Of a DNA stretch of 64,000 nucleotides, positions 11,106 to 23,106 are shown piece by piece. The notes beneath the pieces were generated by a model. The model was given only the letters and a program-made list of their open reading frames with translations. It made no database searches and had not been told where the DNA came from. How positions within the stretch are numbered: position 1 is the stretch's first letter; every line of letters begins with the position of its first letter. Both the position numbers and the translations under genes were made by a program. The DNA is from Mobula hypostoma. Its lineage: Eukaryota. The stretch covers positions 4,464,001 to 4,528,000 of the forward strand of contig NC_086098.1 in assembly GCF_963921235.1 (NCBI RefSeq), read 5' to 3'.

Positions 11106-14100
11106 TTGAGCCCCGGTCGTCTGTGCTAACCATTACGTTGCCGTGCTGCTGTCTGCATGCACTCCTACAGGCAGTCAGAGTATGTCAAAGATGATAAATC
11201 TGATTCTGATTCAGTCATCTGGAACTGAGGACAGAGATGAGGGGAACAGGTAAAAATGTGTGGGATTTACTTCAGGTTGAGAACAGGATTGGCAGCCCTG
11301 CAATTGTTAAAGTTGAGCTTGGGAGGCATGCATGACAAGTACTGGAAACTGGAAATGACAGGGATGAGAATTTCAGTCACGTGCCGATTAGGGAAAAGCA
11401 GGAGCAGTGTCTCAGATGTGGAAGCATGCAGTGATAAGTGACTACTGTTGCACGGTTTGAAGCTCAACACAGCATGCAACTTCAGTGTTTGTCAGACAAG
11501 CTGAAGGAATATGGATGAATTATCCGGGTGGGTGAGTTTCTGCCCCTGTTCTAAGGATTGATTATATTTTGGTGCAAGAGTCTCAGGTGGTCAGAATCAG
11601 AAATGGGTTTAATATCAGCGGCGTGCGTTGTTTCGTGGCAGCAACATAAAGTGTAATAATAAAATAAAAACTGTAAATAACTGTAAGAAATATATATTAA
11701 GTAGTGCAAGAAGAGAGCGAAAAAATAATGAGGTAATATGCATGGGTTTTTGTCTATTCAGAAATCTGATGGGCGAGGGGAAGAAGCTGTTTCTGAAAAG
11801 TTGAGTGCACGTCTTCAGGCTCCTGTGTTACCTCCTTGATGGTAGCAATGAAAAGAGAGCATGTCCTGGGTGATGATGGATGGCAACTTTTTGAGACATT
11901 TTCTGTTAAAAATGTTCTCATTGCTGGGGAGGCTAGTGCCCATGGTGGAGCTGGCTGAGTTCACAACTTTCTGCAGCTTTTTCCAAATCCTGTGCAGTGG
12001 CCCCTCCGTACCAGACGGTGATGCAGCCAGTGAGAATGGTATTTATGATAGTTAACTCAGTTACAGACGCCATGAAGTCAAGGTTGGTAGATGCCCTGAA
12101 AAAGGAGCGTTGTTGTTAAACTCAACTAACTCCATCATGGGCACCTGCCTCCCCATCATCAAGGGCATCTTCAAATGGTGATACCTCAAGAACAAGGACC
12201 CCCACCACCTAGGACATGCCCTAGATAGTGTGGATGTGGAGAGGAAGTTTCTTATAATGGGGAGTCTAGGACCAGAAGTTGTAGCCTCAGAATACTCGGG
12301 GGTCTCTTTAGAATAGAAATGAAGAGGAACTTCTTTAGCCAGAGGGTGAAGAATCTGTGGAATTCATTTCCACAGGTGGCTGTGGAGGTCAGGTCGTTGA
12401 GAATATTTAAAGCAGAGGATGATGGATTTTTAATTATTAAGGGTGTTAACGGTTACGGGGAGATGGCAGGAGAATGGGGTTGAGAGGGGTAATGAATCAG
12501 CTATGATATCATGGAGGAGTAGACTCGATGGGCCAAATGTCCGAATTCTGCTCCTATGTCTTGTGGTCTTCTGGGTGACCTTGTAGAGGTATGTAAAGTT
12601 ATAAGAAGCTCAGATAGGGCTGAAGTCTCAAAAACAAGAGGGCATACATGTAAACAACAGGAATTCTGCAGATGCTGGAAATTCAAGCAACACACATAAA
12701 AGTTGCTGGTGAACGCAGCAGGCCAGGCAGCATCTCTAGGAAGAGGTGCAGTCGACGTTTCAGGCCGAGACCCTTCAGGGGGCGAACGTTGGAGAGCAGT
12801 ACTGGTGTGAGAGTTGCCTCCACTGTTGGTGCTGCTTTCCCGTGTTCACTCCGTGGAAGAAAAATGGGATTGACTTTGAATGCGGCTGACTCATACGTCT
12901 CATACACCATCGACCTTCAGGCCCTGCCACTCAGGGACCTGTGCTAATACTATTTTGTGACTCTATGTGCTGGGTCGTGACTGTCTGTGCTGTGTGTGAC
13001 TGTGTACTGTGATTTGCACCTTCACGCAGAGGAATGATGTTTCCTTTAGCTGTTTACATGTCTATGTGTATGGTCTATCGACAATAAACGTGAACTTGAT
13101 ATGGACCCAGAGTGAGCAAATAGGATTAGTATGGAGGGACAGAATGGTCAGCACAGATCTGAAGGGGTGAAGGGTCTAATTCTATGCTTACAACTTGAAC
13201 ACTGTGCCCCTTTCACAAAGCTTTGTGTCACCTGTCCCGTTTGAATTGATGATTTGTTATACTTGCCGATGCCTCTGTAGAATTACTTGCTTCTTAAATC
13301 TTATTCTGTGTACTGCAAACTGTGATGCTGAGCAAAAATAAGATTCTGCCATGTGACCATACTCAAATAAGGCTGATCATGTTAGATCTGTTTTAGACTC
13401 GAGTCTTTTCTCAGTCATTCATTGATTTTATGCCCTGACTGTACCTCCAGGTTGCAAAACCTGGTTAGACCACATTTGGAATATTGTGTTCAGGTCTGAT
13501 CACCTCATTATAGGAAGGATGTGGAAACTTTAGAGAGGGTGCAGAGGAGATTTGCCAGGATGCTGCCTGGATTAGAGACCACACCTTATGAGGATAGGTT
13601 TAGTGACTAGGGCTTTTCTCTGTGGAGTGAAGAAGGATGAAAGGTGACTTGATAGGAGTGTACAATGTAATCAGAGGCATAGATCATGTGGATGGTCAGA
13701 GACTTTTTCCCAAGAGCTGAAATGGCTAGTATGAGTGGGCACCGTTTTAAGGTAACTGGTGGAGATTATGGTGTGGGGGATGTCAGAGAGTGGTGGGTGT
13801 GTGGAACACACTGCCGGGGGTGGTGGTAGAGGGAGGTGCATTAGAGGCATTTAAGAAAGAGAGAAGTGAAGTGAAGGGTTATACAGAAGGGATTAGATTG
13901 ATCTTAGAGTAGGTTAAAAGGCCAGCACAACACCGTGGGGCCGAAGGTCCTGTGTAGTGCTGTAATGGTCTATATTCTATGTAGTTGCATGATTCTGAGC
14001 AAAATTGGTTGTGACCTTTGGATTCCTGCAAGAGGCCCAGCTGTGCCGTGGTTTGGTTCATTTAGTTGGCAACAACGCGGAGTAGGCATTTCTTGCCCTT

Positions 14101-14309
14101 TGAGCCATGCCGCACCGGCGTTAATCCTAACCCAGTTAGCATTAGGACAATTGGCAATGACCAATTAACCCACCCAGTACATCTTTGAACTGTGGGAGGA
14201 CCTGGAGAAAACCCATACGTTCCACAGGGAGGATGACAGAGTCTATTTACAGAATCGAACTCCGCACTCTGGAGCGCCCCGAGCTGTGACAGCTGACCGC
14301 CATGTTACC

Positions 14310-14690
14310 GCAGGTTTGGGGGCTTGCATGCCCCGGTAAGCTGGAGCGCTGTGCTGGCTGGAGTCAGGGCTTTGTGCTTTGGCTCTTGGTAGGGACAGGT
14401 CAAACGGTAGAGACCAGACTAAGAGTGGTCCACCGGTCCGCCGGGTTCAGGAGTACAGCTCAGGGCTAACACCCCTGACTGGTAAAACAAAACTGTTACA
14501 GAAACAGCAATGAAGAATCCTGCATCTGCGTGCGACGTTATTCCTGAGTCTCCACTTAGGACATGCATTGCTGACAGTAGTGAAAACTCAGAGGGAACTA
14601 GTGGCACGATGAAGGAAGACTTGAATGCCACCAGAGATAGAGGACCTCCATTCCTGCCCTAAACGCCAATGGCATAATGGCAGGTAACAT
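14310..14690 (+). mobile_element. Non-autonomous RTE-derived (bipartite) retroposon
   Basis: RTE-like 5' UTR motifs (ttggtaggg, ccagactaagag, gggctaacaccc...gtaaaa) joined to an RTE-like 3' end (gccctaaacgcc...ggcaggtaa). Second copy inverted at 61722-62112. Confidence 0.6.
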
Positions 14691-15816
14691 TTCTAGATTG
14701 AGAAGTTAAACATTGCAGCCTTGGCACCATTCAGAAGGTAGGTTATCCTAGAATTCTTGTTGATTGCTCAGCCTTTCAGTCAACATGATGGAAAACGATC
14801 AACCTGTTTTTGTGAACAAAAAAGCTGTCATATGATTGAGAAGTGTGACTCTTAATATGTTTAGTTGTGCTACAAAAAGGGAAACTATTCTGTGTTTTTT
14901 CTTCAGCCACTTGCATTTCTATGTTTCTATATACTCGAACGTATTTGATAGAGATATGTAAAACTATGAGTGGTATAGTTAGGGTAAATGCAAGCAGACT
15001 TTTTACACTGAGCTTGGGTGAGATTAGAACTAGAGGTCATAGGCTAAGTGTGAAAGGTGAAATATTTAAGGGAAATGTAAGGGGGATCTCCTTCACTCAA
15101 AGCGTTATGAGAGTATGGATCGAGCTGCCAGTGGTGGATGTGGGGTGGAAAGCAACATTTAAGAGAAATTTGGATCAGTACGTGGGCGGGAGGGGTATGG
15201 AGGGCTTTGGTCTGGGTGCAGATCGATGGGAGTAGACGGTTTGGCATGGACTAGATGGGCTGAAGGGCTTGTTTCTGTGCTCCAGTGTTCTGTGACTCTA
15301 TCTCCGTATTTCCTTACAGTGATAGTTTGCTTAAAGAAGCCATGTTAATAGCACTATCATCATCATGTGCCGTGTCATATGATGTGGGGGATCATGGTCT
15401 TTGCATGATCTGACTGGGGGGCTAAGCAGCTGCGACACATTGCCCAACGGTGACCTGTAGGCTAGCAGAGGGAAGGAGAGCCTTACACCCTGCCACCTGT
15501 TAATATATCATACTTAAATTGAAGATACATGTTCATATCTCAAATTTGAAAGAAATCATAGAAAAATCATTGAATTGAATCCGTTCCTACTGTTCCTGTG
15601 AAATGATCCATTGAACTAGCTTTTGGCTCTTTGAAATTGGATTGTGAGCATGTATTTCCAGTTACATTGCTTCTCTCAGTAAATCATTTCCATCGTCACT
15701 AAGTGGTTATATTGTTCTTTGGTTAAATTGAGTCAAACAAGAATTGCAGGGTTAATATCAGAGGTGAAATATACAGAAACAAAATTTCTGACACACTTCT
15801 CTTTGAATATTTTTAG

Positions 15817-15888
15817 GAAGCCAGTTCTGTATCCCACGCATGGAACCAGCTGCTCTTTGTGGATTTGTGTGATGCACCAGGATGTCGG
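15817..15888 (+). other. Candidate 72-nt exon (5' UTR or first coding codons) of the host gene
   Basis: Non-repeat sequence, more GC-rich than flanks. Acceptor cttctctttgaatatttttag|G and donor CGG|gtaact. ATGs at 15840 and 15882. Confidence 0.55.
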
Positions 15889-16479
15889 GTAACTGTAATT
15901 GAAATTTTCAAATATTATAGCTGTATTATAGATGGATAACGGATAGATATTCGTGTACCTTCATTGGGAAGGAGCCTTGGGTCCCACCTGATTTAAGAAC
16001 AGTTATTACCTACATTGGGAAGTCGGTACAGAAACCTTGGGTCCCACCAGGTTTAGGAATAGTTATTACCCCTCAACCATCAGGCTCCTGAACTAGTGTG
16101 GATAACTTCACTCACCTCAACTCTGGACTGATCCTACAACCTATAGACACACTTTCAAGTACTCTACAACTCATGTTCTCAGTATTACCTATCTATTGTT
16201 TTTGCACAGTTTGTCATCTTTTGCATGTTGGTTGTTTGTCAGTCTTAGTGTGTGGTTTTTATTGATTTCATTGTATTTCTTTCATTCTCCAGTGAATACC
16301 CACAAGAAAACAAATCTCAGTGTTGTACATGATGATATGCATGTTCTTGGATTATAAATTTACATTGAACTTTGTACTTAGAGGCATTCTGCTTTTAACT
16401 CCTGATCAAGTACTGTTTTTGTTGGAAAGGGCAATTTTTAAATTTTATTGGTTTTAAATCTGAGTCACTGGATGTTAGA

Positions 16480-18065
16480 CAATAAAACATAGGAACAGAA
16501 TTAGGCAATTCAGCCCACCAAGTCTGCTCCGCCATTCAATCATGACTGATCCTTTTTTCTATCTCCTTCTCAACCCCAGTTCGTGGACTTCACCCTGTAA
16601 CCTTTGAGGCCATGTCCAATCAAGAACCTATCAATCTCTGCCTTAAATACACCCAACGACCTGGCCTCCACAACACAGCTGCTCGTGGCAACCTCCTCTG
16701 GACGCTTTCCAATGCCAGCACGTCTTTTCTAAGATGAAGGGCCCAAAACTGTTCACAATATCAAGATGCAAACACGAGGAAATCTGTAGATGCTTAAATT
16801 CTTCCTAGCACCTCTTCCTAGAGATGCTGCCTGGCCTGCTGCGTTCACCAGCAACTTTGATGTATGTTGCACAATATCAAGATGAGGCCTCACCAGTGCC
16901 TTATAAAACCTCAGCATCACACCCTTGCTCTTGTATTCTAGACCTCTTGAAATGAATGCTAACATGGCATTTGCCTTCTTCACCACTGACTCAACCTGCA
17001 AGTTAGCCTTTAGGATGTTCTGCACAAGGACTCCCAAGTCCCTGTGCATCTCAGATTCCTGTATTTTCTCCCTGTTTATAAAATAGTCTGCATATTTATT
17101 TCTACTACCGAAGTGCATGACCATGCATTTTCCAACATTGTATTTCATTTGCCACTTTCTTGCCCATTCTCCTAATCTGTCTAAGTCCTTCTGCATCCTA
17201 CCTGTTTCCTCAACACTACCTGGCCCTCCACCAATCTTTGTATCATCTGCAAACTTGGAAACAAAGCCATCTATTCCATCATCTAATTCATTGATATACA
17301 GCATAAAAAGAAGTGTTTCGAACACCAGCCCCTGTGGAACACCACTAGTCACTGCCAGCCAACCAGAAAAGGATCTTTTTATTCCCAGTCGCTGCCTCCT
17401 ACCAAGCAGCCAATGCTCTAACCATGTTAGTAACTTTCCTGGAATACCATGGGCTCTTAACTTGGTAAGCAGCTTCATGTGTGGCACCTTGTCAAACATG
17501 GCTGATCCTGGATCCTACTCAACCCCATATACCTGCCTTCTTACCATATCCGTCGATGCCCCGACCAATCAACTTCTGCTTTAAGTATACCCACAGACTT
17601 GTCCTCCACTGCAGTGTGTAGCAGAGCATTCCACAGGTTCACCAATCTTTGGCTAAAAAAAAATCCTCCTTACTTCTGTTCTAAAAGGTCAACTTTGAGG
17701 CTGTGCCCTCTAGATCTGGATACCCCCACCATGGGAAACATCCTCTCCACATCCACCCTATCTAGTTCGTTCAGGATTCAGTAGGTTTCAATGAGATCCC
17801 CACACATTTTTCCAAGTACCAGTGAGTACAGGCCCAAAGCTGCCAAATGCTCCTCATATGTTAACCCCTTTATTCCCGGAATCATCCTCATGAATCTCTT
17901 CTGGACTCTCTCTAATGACAACACATCCTTTCTGAGATATGTGGCCCGAAACTGTTGACAATACTCCAAGTGCAGCCTGACTAGTGTCTGATAAAGCGTC
18001 AGCATTATCTTCTTGATTTTATGTTCTTTTCCCTTGAAATAAATGCCAACATTGCATTTGCAATG
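16480..18065 (-). mobile_element. Two adjacent CR1 ORF2 3' fragments
   Basis: ORF 16753..17499 (FDKVPH, GVPQG, KFADDTK) and 17778..18005 (LVRLHLEYC). Confidence 0.9.
16769..16869. mobile_element. 101-bp PLE-terminus mini-insertion (inverted structure) inside CR1
   Basis: 15-bp TSD cacaatatcaagatg at 16754-16768 and 16870-16884. The left part is the PLE end in minus orientation and the right part is in plus orientation. Confidence 0.85.
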
Positions 18066-19459
18066 TTAAATTGGATCCCTAGAAATTTATTCAAGAATTC
18101 AAATTCTTTTATTTTTATTTATTTAGCGATACCACATGGTGACAGGCCTTTCTGGCCCAATGAGACTGCGCTGCCCGATTACACCCATGTGTCGAATTGC
18201 TTTAGTAACCCATACGTCTTCGGAATGCGAGGAAACTGGAGCACCCGTTCTCCCACGCAGTCATAGGGAGAGCGTGCAAACTCCACACAGCCAGTGGCGG
18301 AATTGAACCCAAGTCATTAGCACTGTAATTGCGTTATGCTAACTGCAACACTTATATAAAAAAAAGTCACTGACTGTTAAATTTGAACCCTAGATGTTTA
18401 TTCAAGAATACAAATTGTCAGTAAGAAAGATTAAGTAAAACTTAAAGTGAAGGAATCAATGTATTAAAAATAATGCTCTTGTATATATTTTTCTGCAATT
18501 CCTTTGCAGTCACAGGGATTGGGAACGGGTTATTCTTTTGAATGTTGCGTTTACTGAGGGATGATGATTGACTGGAGCAAGCAGGGAATTGTGAATGTAC
18601 TGGACACCAAATGGAGCATTGGTGTAACCTCTCATCCAAATGAGGACAGGAGTAACTTTGTGTCAAAACGTGCAGGTTATGTGTTTGAATCTGCAAAATT
18701 GTTCCGTGTTATTTCTTTTGCAAAAATTACATTAATTTAGAGCCCTGACTGATATTGAGTGCAGGTCCAGCACAAGCAAATAGAATAAAAGGCTACTTTA
18801 ACTTCATTGGTAACACACACAAAATGCTGGAGGATTTATGTCAGGCAGCATCTGTGGAGAGCAATAAATAGTGGATGTTCATCAGGACTGGAAAGAAAGG
18901 GGGAAGAAACCGGAATAAGAAAGGGGAGGAAAAGGAGCACAATCTAACAGAGGATGGGTGAAGCCATGCGAGAGGAGAGGAAGGAGTGTGGGACAATAAA
19001 GATGCTGTGAGGAACTGGGAGTGAAGCAGTAAGACTGAACAGCAGTGCCACCCACTAACTCCCTCCCTGCTCGGTTATTTCCTGTCAGTTGCCCTGTGTA
19101 TTGCCTACTTTATGGACATACAATCAATCTATGTATAATAGCTATCTTAAGCATGTGTATTTATTATTATTGTGTTTGTTTTTTTGGTTCTGCATCCAAT
19201 CTGGAAAAACAATTATGTTGTCCTCCTTACGCCTATGTACAGGAAATGACATTAAACAATCTTGACTGTTGATGGGTTGAAACGGCAAAGAGCTGAAGAA
19301 GAAGGAATCCAATAGGAGAGGAGAGTGGGCTATGGGAGAAAGGGAAGGAGGAGGGGCACCAGAGGGAGATGTGAGGAAAGCCAGAATGAGGAATGGAAGA
19401 AGAAAGAAGGAGAGAGAGGAGAAATGACCAGAAGTTGGAGAAATCGATATTCATACCAG

Positions 19460-21105
19460 TCAAATCAAGTCAAGGTGCTTTTTATTGTCATTTCCATAAG
19501 ACCATAAGACAAAGGAGCAGAAGTCGGCCATTCAGCCCATCGAGTCTGCTCTGCCATGAGCTGATCCATTCTCCCATTTAGTCCCACTCCCCCGCCTTCT
19601 CACCATAACCTTTGATGCCCTGGCTACTCAGATACCCATCAATCTCTGCCTTAAACACACCCACACACACAACATTTCAACCATAAGCTGCTGGTACAGT
19701 ACACAGTAAAAACGAAACAACGTTCCTCCAGGACCCTGCTGCTGCATGAAACAACACAAAACTACACTAGACTATGTGAGACAGCACAAGGCTATACTAG
19801 ACTACGTCAAACATAAAAACTACACTAGACTACAGACCTACACAGGACTACATAAACTGCACAAAACAGTGCAGGGCAGTACAATAATTAATAAACAAGA
19901 CAACAGGCACAGTTGAGGACAAATTACAATATAATAATACATGATGTAGATGTCAGTCCAGGCTCTGGGTATTGAGGAGTCTGATGGCTTGGGGGAAGAA
20001 ACTGTTACATAGTCTGGTCGTGAGAGTCCGAATGCTTCGGTGCCTTTTTCCAGATGGCAGGAGGGAGAAGAGTTTGTATGAGGGGTGCGTGGGGTCCTTC
20101 ACAATACTGTTAGCTTTGCGGATGAAGCGTGTGGTGTAAATGTCTGTGATGGCAGGAAGAGAGACCCCGATGATCTTCTCAGCTGACCTCACTATCCACT
20201 GCAGGGTCTTGCGATCCGAGATGGTGCAATTTCCGAACCAGGCAGTGATGCAGCTGCTCAGGATGCTCTCAATACAACCTCTGTAGAATGTGGTGAGGAT
20301 GGGGGGTGGGAGATGGACTTTTCTCAGTCTTCGCAGAAAGTAGAGATGCTGCTGGGCTTACTTTGCTATGGAGCCGGTGTTGAGGGACTAGGTGAGGTTC
20401 TTCAAGAGGTGAACACCAAGAAATTTGGTGCTCTTAACGATCTCAACGAAGGAGTCGTCGATGTTCAGCAGAGAGTGGTCGCTCCGTGCTCTCCTGAAGT
20501 CAACAACCAACTCTTTTGTTTTGTTCACATTCAGAGACAGGTTGTTGGCTCTGCACCAGTCTGTTAGCTGCTGCACCTCCTCTCTGTATGCTGACTCATC
20601 GTTCTTACTGGTGAGACCCACCACAGTCGTGTCATTGGCGAACTTGATGATGTGGTTCGAGCTGTGTGTTGCAGCACCGTCGTGGGTCAGCACAGTGAAC
20701 AGCAGTGGACTGAGCACACAGCCCTGGGGGGCCCCCGTGCTCAGTGTGATGGTGTTGGAGATGCTGCTTCCAATCTGGACTGACTGAGGTCTCCCAGTCA
20801 GGAAGTCTAGGATCCAGTTGCAGAGGGAGGTGTTCAGGCCCAGTAGGCTCAGCTTTCCAATCAGTTTCTGAGGAATGATTGTGTTGAATGCTGAACTGAA
20901 GTCTATGAACAGCATTCGAATGTACGTGTCTTTTTTGTCCAGGTGGGTGAGGGCCAGGTGGAGGGTGATGGCAATGGCGTTGTCTGTTGAAAGGTTGGGA
21001 CGACATGCAAACTGCAGGGGGTCCAGTGAGGGGGGCAGCAGGGTCTGGATGTGCCTCATGACGAGCCTCTCGAAACACTTCATGATGATGGATGTGAGTG
21101 CAACG
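19460..21105 (-). mobile_element. Rex1/Babar LINE, 5'-truncated, inserted in a PLE remnant
   Basis: ORF 20388..21083 ([44 protein letters not shown]) and 19953..20192. PLE homology resumes at ~21106. Confidence 0.92.
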
Positions 21106-21709
21106 GGAGGCTACCCAGATGGCTATGAGGGGTCTTCATAAGGTTAGTTTACGGAGTAGAATGAAGGATCAGCTTCATTCACCGTAAATATTTACATGTA
21201 TCAGGAATTTGCTGTGGGGAGTTGGCTCAACATACAACAAAAAAGCAACTTCAATAATTGTAAAGAATTATGTAAATATAATGTCAAAGTACAGATATGG
21301 AATAAAATGCACGTGAGTGAATAAATACCATTGTGCATTTACACTGTAAGCATCACAAGCAGTGGTTGGTAAAGTATTTACAGTTCAGTGAGTGCAGTGA
21401 CAGGGTGAATAGAGGGGGTGCGGGAGGCTAACTGGAATGGTGGATCAGATTAACTGCCTGGGAGAAGAAACTTTTAAGATGGCGTGAATTTTTTGTTTTA
21501 ATAGTTCTTCAGTGCTTTCCTGAAGAGAGCTTTTGGAAAAGGCAATTCGCAGGGTGGGTAGCGTCCACAATGATTTTTCCTACCCCCTACTTTGTCCGAG
21601 ACACGTACAGGTCCTGCAGTGATGGTCGACCTTTTCTGCTGAGCTGACAGTTCACTGTAGTTTTTGTATACTGTGAGAAGACGCTGCACCAAACCAGCTA
21701 GTAATAGTT

Positions 21710-21812
21710 AGAAGTCCTGACGAAGGGTCTCGGCCTGAAACGTCGACTGCGCCTCTTCCTATAGATGCTGCCTGGCCTGCTGCGTTCACCAGCAACTTTG
21801 ATGTATGTTGTT
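21710..21812 (+). mobile_element. 103-bp PLE-terminus mini-insertion carrying a hammerhead motif
   Basis: 11-bp TSD tagtaatagtt at 21699-21709 and 21813-21823. Near-identical to 31283-31380. Confidence 0.85.
21713..21748 (+). ncRNA. Minimal type I hammerhead ribozyme motif (PLE type)
   Basis: AGTC-CTGACGA-AGGGTCTCGGCCT-GAA-ACGT-C|GACT. Stem I AGTC/GACT, CUGANGA core, stem II, GAAA, loop-less palindromic stem III ACGT, GUC cleavage triplet ending at 21744. Confidence 0.75.
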
Positions 21813-23032
21813 TAGTAATAGTTGATGTGGTATGAGTATTTTTAACGCTGCATTAACAGTGTATGCAAAGTGCCAAAAAAAGGTTTAATAACTTTGCCTT
21901 TTATTTTTATAGTTCACTGCGTCCAGTTTAATAAATAACCAAATAATAAGACTTAATCAGAATGGAATTGCTATGTTTCGAAGTCAGAGGAAGCAAATGT
22001 GGGTCTTATCTGATCTCTGATTTACAAACGGAACACCTCTGAGCTGTTTTATATTTGTTCATTTCTTGTGCTTTGTTTTCCATGGTTAAATAACATGGAT
22101 TTTGGCATTGTATGTCAATGAGATGTGTCTGTTTTGTGTGTGACTCAGTTAGTAGCTGGAAATTTAGACTTTGTCACAAACCTCCTACACAACGTGCTGC
22201 TTATATAAACTACTCATACATATTGTACACGTGAGCATGAGGGAATTTAAAAAAAGCATTTATTAATGGAACGCAGCAGGCCAGGCAGCATCTATTGGAA
22301 GAGGTACAGTCGACATTTCAGGCCAAGACCCTTCGTCAGGATTGGGAAGGAAGGGGGAGGAACCCAGAATAACGACATGGGGGGGGGGAGGCGGGGAAGC
22401 AGTACGAGCTGGAAGGTGATAGGTGAAGCCAGGTGTGTGGGGGAGGGGGGAGGTGATAGGTGGAAAAGGCAAAGGGCTGGAGAAGAAGGAACCAGATAGG
22501 AGAGGAGAGTGGACCATGCGAGAAAGAGGAGGAGATCCAGGGCAAGTGATAGGCAGGTAAAGGGGTAAGCAGGGTGCCAGACTGGGAAATAAAGAGGAGG
22601 GAAGGGCAGCAGAGAAAATTACTGGAAGTTGAAGAAATCGATGTTCATGCCGTTGACTGTTTATTCATTTTTTTAGATGCTACCTGACCTGCTGAACTCC
22701 TCTAGCATTTTGTGTGTGTTGCTTCAATAAAAATTAGGCTTGCTTTAGCCTTACGATAGATCGAGTTGTCAGCTGGAGACTTCCACCTCGGGTGGAAATG
22801 GCTAATACCAGGGACATGATTTGAAGGTGATTTGAGAAAGGTATTGGGGGGTTTTTCAGAGTACACAAAGAGAGTGGTAGGTGTGTGGAAATTGCTGCCG
22901 GGGTGGTGGAAGAAGCAGATAGATTAGGGATATTTAAAAAACTTAGAAAAGCACATGAATGGAAACGTGAAGGGCTACAATACGTTATTGTATTGTTATT
23001 ACAACGTTATTACAGTACAACGTGAAGGGCTA

Positions 23033-23106
23033 CAATACTGTGCAGAGGCTGTAGGCATGTATACTGTGTGTAGAGCTAGGGTGCCTTAGACTTTTGCACA
23101 GTACTG
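23033..23106. mobile_element. 74-bp Tc1/mariner-type mini-MITE
   Basis: Imperfect TIRs caatactgtgcagaggctgtaggca / tgccttagacttttgcacagtactg, flanked by TA on both sides. Second copy at ~56072-56128. Confidence 0.65.

Noticed and set aside
10384..11194. Repetitive 150-266 aa ORFs in three frames
   Set aside because: Artefacts of a largely stop-free 33-bp minisatellite.
21913..22001. Possible exon after a strong acceptor (ttttatttttatag)
   Set aside because: No convincing donor and AT-rich; cannot be supported without RNA data.
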